Below, in pieces: positions 60,147 to 64,000 of a stretch of 64,000 bases of DNA. Source of the stretch: an uncultured Mycoplasma sp. (lineage in GTDB: Bacteria; Bacillota_I; Bacilli_A; RF39; UBA660). A program made the translations under genes and the position numbers. The notes beneath the pieces were generated by a model that made no database searches, was not told the origin of the DNA, and worked only from the letters and a program-made list of their open reading frames with translations. The number at the start of each line of letters is the position of its first letter. Within the stretch, counting starts at the first letter, position 1. Location of the stretch: positions 28,683-92,682 of the forward strand of contig CAMNSE010000003.1 of assembly GCA_946554525.1 (NCBI GenBank), read 5' to 3'.

Positions 60147-62024
60147 ATGAAGAAGTTATTTAAAGTGTTTTTAAGCATTGTACTAAGCGTAGTTGCAATT
60201 AGTAATGCTGATGCAAAAACAATAAGTACTGATGATCTTGCAAAAGAGTTGGAATTGAAGGTATCTCAAGTAAATGAAAAAAGTACTTGCTATAATTCAA
60301 AGGTTGTAAAAAATAGCAATAATATTACTATTCAATATGAAGTTAAAGATAAAAATAATTCACTCTGTCTTAATCCTGATGGATGGAATTTTAAGTTAGA
60401 AAATAATGATAATGTTTTATCAATGAAAAGCTCTTATGATAGTAAAAAGCAAAATGTTACATTAAATTATCAAGAATTAATTAAACAAGATATTTTATGG
60501 TTTGATGTAATTCTTAATATTTTAGATTATAAAGAAACATTTAGTAGTTTAGATCAAAATAAGAGTACCATAGATAGCTTATTATCATATAGTAAACGAA
60601 GTTATTATATGATAACTGATAGCGTTTTAAAAGATACTAAAATAAAAGAAGCCGTTGAAACATATCAGGAAGCATTAAATATGTATGAAAAAGCTAAAGG
60701 ATATTTAGATGGCGCACTAAAGAATTTTAAAGCTGAAGATATTAGCGGTAAGAATGAATATACATATACTTCTACAAGTAGCACTCAAGTATGTACAGAT
60801 GGATTAATGGCTGGAGTTTGTAGTACAGGATTTGATTATGTAAATCCGACTTGTCATGAAAATATAACTAAATGTAAAAGAGAATGTACAACAGATGAGT
60901 GTAGAAATAATTGTAATGATTTGTATCCTGATAAAGATTGTGTAGCAACCAAAAACACATATGAATTATGTACTATTCCATGTTCATCTGATAATAAGCC
61001 GGTTTGTAAAGATGGATTAATGGCCGGAGTTTGTAGTAGCATTGAATTTGTTAATCCAACTTGTCACGAACAAATAACAGCATGTAAAAGAGAATGTACA
61101 ACAGATGAATGTAGAAATGGCTGTAATGATAAATATCCTGATAAAGATTGTGTTAAAACAGAGACAGTTTATAAACCATGCATAAAATCTTGTTCTACTG
61201 ATAATGTTCAAGTATGTACAGATGGATTAATGGTGGGAGTTTGTAGTAGCATTGAATTCGTTAATCCAACTTGTCATGAACAAATAACAGCATGTAAAAG
61301 AGAATGTACAACAGATGAATGTAGAAATAGCTGTAATGATAAATATCCTGATAAAGATTGTGTTAAAACAGAAACAGTTTATAAACCATGCATAAAATCT
61401 TGTACATCAAGTAGTAGTAATACTGGTAAATGTACAAACACAGTTTTAACAGGTAAAAAGTATTCTTTCCAACCTACCGACTATAAACGTTATGATTTAA
61501 TAAAAGGAACTGTTAGTGTTCAAAAAGATGATAGATCATTTTACGGAATAAGTAGTATTACTGGTCCATTAAATTATGGTAATAGTGGTACAAGTAATGC
61601 ATGTACATGGACAGCAAATTATACTTTTGATTTTAAACTATCTTATACTAAGAGTTTTAATCAAACAAGTTTTGGAAATGAGTCTAAAATTTATAAGTTA
61701 AAATCTTCAGATGATTTTAAAACGATAGTAAATGACGCACTTGTAGTATATCAAAAAGCTGAAGATAATTTAAATAAAAGTTTAAATCAAAATCCTTTCT
61801 ATTATTTAGAAGAATTTAGTTATAAGCTTTCTAATAACAGTTCAAATGGTAGTACCGATAATGGAAATAATAGTGCTAATAATGAAGATAAAAAAGATCC
61901 AAATAATAAAGATGATATTGACAATCCTCAAACAGGAATTATTATTCCGATAGGAATAATAATTATTGGTTTAGGAACATTATTTGTGATTAGGTATAAA
62001 AAGAATAAAATCCATAAAATTTAA
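60147..62024 (+). CDS. Sortase-anchored cysteine-rich repeat surface protein (NPQTG), partial paralogue of the giant proteins
   Basis: Signal peptide (…SNADA/KT) and three 70-71-aa repeats with 10 Cys each. The block YGISSITGPLNYGNSGTSNACTW matches YGVKSISGPNNHGSSSTSSSCTW of 29849..33748. C-terminus is NPQTG, then a TM, then RYKKNK. Confidence 0.8.
   Translation: MKKLFKVFLSIVLSVVAISNADAKTISTDDLAKELELKVSQVNEKSTCYNSKVVKNSNNITIQYEVKDKNNSLCLNPDGWNFKLENNDNVLSMKSSYDSKKQNVTLNYQELIKQDILWFDVILNILDYKETFSSLDQNKSTIDSLLSYSKRSYYMITDSVLKDTKIKEAVETYQEALNMYEKAKGYLDGALKNFKAEDISGKNEYTYTSTSSTQVCTDGLMAGVCSTGFDYVNPTCHENITKCKRECTTDECRNNCNDLYPDKDCVATKNTYELCTIPCSSDNKPVCKDGLMAGVCSSIEFVNPTCHEQITACKRECTTDECRNGCNDKYPDKDCVKTETVYKPCIKSCSTDNVQVCTDGLMVGVCSSIEFVNPTCHEQITACKRECTTDECRNSCNDKYPDKDCVKTETVYKPCIKSCTSSSSNTGKCTNTVLTGKKYSFQPTDYKRYDLIKGTVSVQKDDRSFYGISSITGPLNYGNSGTSNACTWTANYTFDFKLSYTKSFNQTSFGNESKIYKLKSSDDFKTIVNDALVVYQKAEDNLNKSLNQNPFYYLEEFSYKLSNNSSNGSTDNGNNSANNEDKKDPNNKDDIDNPQTGIIIPIGIIIIGLGTLFVIRYKKNKIHKI
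60789..61415 (+). repeat. Three in-frame tandem repeats (213/210/about 205 nt); copies 2 and 3 nearly identical at nucleotide level
   Basis: Copy 2 (61002..61211) and copy 3 (61212..) differ at only a handful of positions by eye. Copy 1 (60789..61001) is more diverged. Confidence 0.85.
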
Positions 62025-62052
62025 ACGCAAAATTTTGCGTTTTTATTTTTTT
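62023..62052 (+). terminator. Rho-independent terminator
   Basis: Palindrome AAACGCAAAATTTTGCGTTT followed by a T-run. Confidence 0.8.
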
Positions 62053-62091
62053 TGAAAGGTATTTATGGTATAGTATGTTTAGGTGGTTTTT

Positions 62092-62841
62092 ATGGAAAAA
62101 TTAAAATATACTATATGGGTGAATAAAGAAAGATATACAAATGTAACTGGTGGAATAAGACTTTTTAGAGAAAATCCAAATCATTATTTAGAAATATCTT
62201 TTGCAGGGAATTTAGATTTATATTTTACTTTATTTGATCTTGAAGATGGTACAACATTTTTAATTGGTAAAGATGACTATGAAGTTTATCAGTTATTTGA
62301 CGAGTTGTATAGTAAAGTTTTAAATGGTAGATGTTATGATGAAGTAGAGGATGATTTGAAATCTATAAGAATGTTGGAATTAGAAGAATCAGATATAGAC
62401 TATCATGAGAAGTTTAAAGAAAAAATGGAAAGAAGAGAAGAGCGTAGGCAAATGAATTTGTCTCAAGCAAAGATGTCTGGGCTAGTAGATAATGGTTTGA
62501 TTATATGGCGAAGCGATGATTATCCTAAAGATATGGCACCATATTTTGTAATTCGTAAGCTACAAAATGCCTATGAATTAGAATTTGGAGTACCACATGT
62601 TTGTAGAGATTTAAGTTTTGAGGAAAAGATGGCAATTAATGATTATAAACATAAAGTTTGGGTTAGTGTAAGGCTTCGTAATAGTGGCTCAAGGTATGAA
62701 CCATTTAATCTATGTTTTATGGATTTATATAATAAACTTTGTAATCTTAATCCAGAATATCATCAAATTCATATTGAAGAATGGTTAATTGATGAAGAAT
62801 TAAAAAAAGGAGAGTCTTTAGAAAGAATATTAAGAAGATAA
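62092..62841 (+). CDS. Hypothetical protein
   Basis: ORF with AGGTGG RBS before ATG 62092. No signal peptide or recognisable motif. Confidence 0.55.
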   Translation: MEKLKYTIWVNKERYTNVTGGIRLFRENPNHYLEISFAGNLDLYFTLFDLEDGTTFLIGKDDYEVYQLFDELYSKVLNGRCYDEVEDDLKSIRMLELEESDIDYHEKFKEKMERREERRQMNLSQAKMSGLVDNGLIIWRSDDYPKDMAPYFVIRKLQNAYELEFGVPHVCRDLSFEEKMAINDYKHKVWVSVRLRNSGSRYEPFNLCFMDLYNKLCNLNPEYHQIHIEEWLIDEELKKGESLERILRR

Positions 62842-62859
62842 ATTGGAAGTGTTGATAAT

Positions 62860-64000
62860 ATGTTTAAAAATATAAAAATAGAAACTTTAGATCATTTTGG
62901 TCGAGGAATTAGTCATATCGATAATAAGGTAATATTTGTTAAAAATGCTTTACCAGAAGAGATAGTAGATGTTGATATAATTACATCAAAAAAGAATTAT
63001 AGTGAAGCAAAAGTTAAAAAATATGTAAAAGAAAGTAATGATAGAACCAAAAGTATTTGTCCATATTTTAATGAATGTGGGGGATGTGATCTTTTATGTT
63101 TAAATTATGATAAAACACTAGAATTTAAACAAAAGAAAGCAATAGAAGTTTTAAATAAAAATCATTTATCATATAATGGCGAAGTAAAGATAATTAGGAA
63201 TTCGAATCCTATTAACTATCGTAATAAAATTAGTTTAAAAATTAAAGATGGTCATATTGGCTATTTTGAAGATAATACTCATAATTTAATAGAGATTAAT
63301 TCATGCTCAATTGCTAAAAAAGAAATTAATGAAGTTATAGAAAACATTTCTTTATTAAATTTAAAAAATGGCTTATTAACAATTAGATGTAATACAAATA
63401 ATGAAATTTTACTAATTATAAAAAGTGAAGAAAAAAACTATAATATTGAGCTGGAGAAGCTTAAGAAAATAGTTAAATTAGTGGGTATAGTTTATAATGA
63501 TAAATTAATATATGGCGAAGATTTCTTTTATGAACGTTTATATGGAATGTTATTTAAAGTAAGTTTCAATTCTTTTTTTCAAGTGAATCATTTTATTACA
63601 GAGGAATTATTTAAATTAATTGAAAAAAATATAGATAGTAATAGTACTGTACTTGATTTATATAGCGGCGTTGGAACTTTAGGACTTGTTGCAAGCAAAA
63701 AAGCAAAAGAAGTAATTAGTGTAGAAATTATTTCTAATGCTGTTAAAAATGGAATTATAAATGCTAAATTAAATAATTCTAATAATATTAAATTCTTGCT
63801 TGGGGATGTTTCTCATACTGTAAAAAAGATTAATAAACAATTTAATACTTTAATTTTAGATCCTCCAAGAAAAGGATTAGATAAAAAAACATTAGAGTTT
63901 ATTAAAGAAAGTCAAATTAATAAAATAATTTATGTATCATGTGATATGTTTACTTTAATGAGGGACTTAAAATATTTGGAAGATCTTTATGAAATAAAAG
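62860..64000 (+). CDS. rlmD: 23S rRNA (uracil-5-)-methyltransferase RlmD/RumA family (3' end outside window)
   Basis: Absent from the ORF track because it runs off the window. N-terminal TRAM-like domain, Fe-S Cys cluster CPYFNECGGCDLL, SAM motif LDLYSGVGTLG, LDPPRKG. Confidence 0.8.
   Translation, partial: MFKNIKIETLDHFGRGISHIDNKVIFVKNALPEEIVDVDIITSKKNYSEAKVKKYVKESNDRTKSICPYFNECGGCDLLCLNYDKTLEFKQKKAIEVLNKNHLSYNGEVKIIRNSNPINYRNKISLKIKDGHIGYFEDNTHNLIEINSCSIAKKEINEVIENISLLNLKNGLLTIRCNTNNEILLIIKSEEKNYNIELEKLKKIVKLVGIVYNDKLIYGEDFFYERLYGMLFKVSFNSFFQVNHFITEELFKLIEKNIDSNSTVLDLYSGVGTLGLVASKKAKEVISVEIISNAVKNGIINAKLNNSNNIKFLLGDVSHTVKKINKQFNTLILDPPRKGLDKKTLEFIKESQINKIIYVSCDMFTLMRDLKYLEDLYEIK

Overview
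This is a very AT-rich, standard-code, Gram-positive (Bacillota-type) chromosomal segment; my guess, unverified, is an Erysipelotrichia- or Clostridia-like spore-former. Most of it is core housekeeping. That includes rpsF-ssb-rpsR, rpsO-pnp, pcrA-ligA, lysS, rpsT, murG-murB-ftsQ, queH, lemA/DUF2207, tRNA-Thr(CGT) and tRNA-Asn(GTT). Sporulation markers are also present: a STAS antagonist plus a SigF/G-like sigma factor, gpr and spoIIP. Several accessory surface-protein loci sit among these genes. (1) The main candidate for a novel system spans about 29.0-43.25 kb. A three-gene module is duplicated in tandem: a type-I membrane protein, a 1232-1299 aa cysteine-rich secreted giant, and a 133-136 aa N-terminally anchored protein. 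The second copy runs without a terminator into a minimal Tad-like core (CpaB-like, TadA/CpaF ATPase, TadB-like, TadC-like). A separately promoted gene for a 121-aa two-TM protein with a Cys-rich tail follows. I saw no Flp prepilin, prepilin peptidase or TadZ. (2) At 60.1-62.0 kb lies a third, sortase-anchored (NPQTG) paralogue of the giants' central cassette. It contains near-identical 210-bp tandem repeats and is divergent from an orphan PilB/GspE-type ATPase. (3) Two paralogous secreted proteins (12.3-13.5 kb and 50.2-51.9 kb) differ mainly in a short segment just before a conserved GVRP motif. In the first, this segment is a 93-nt patch of about 58% G+C made almost entirely of NNC codons. 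That is the signature of a diversity-generating retroelement (DGR) variable region, but no reverse transcriptase or template repeat is in the window. (4) A class B sortase with a long N-terminal extension sits beside a DVQTG substrate, and a SipW-type signal peptidase lies at the left edge. All functional calls come from motif recognition by eye; no database search was run.
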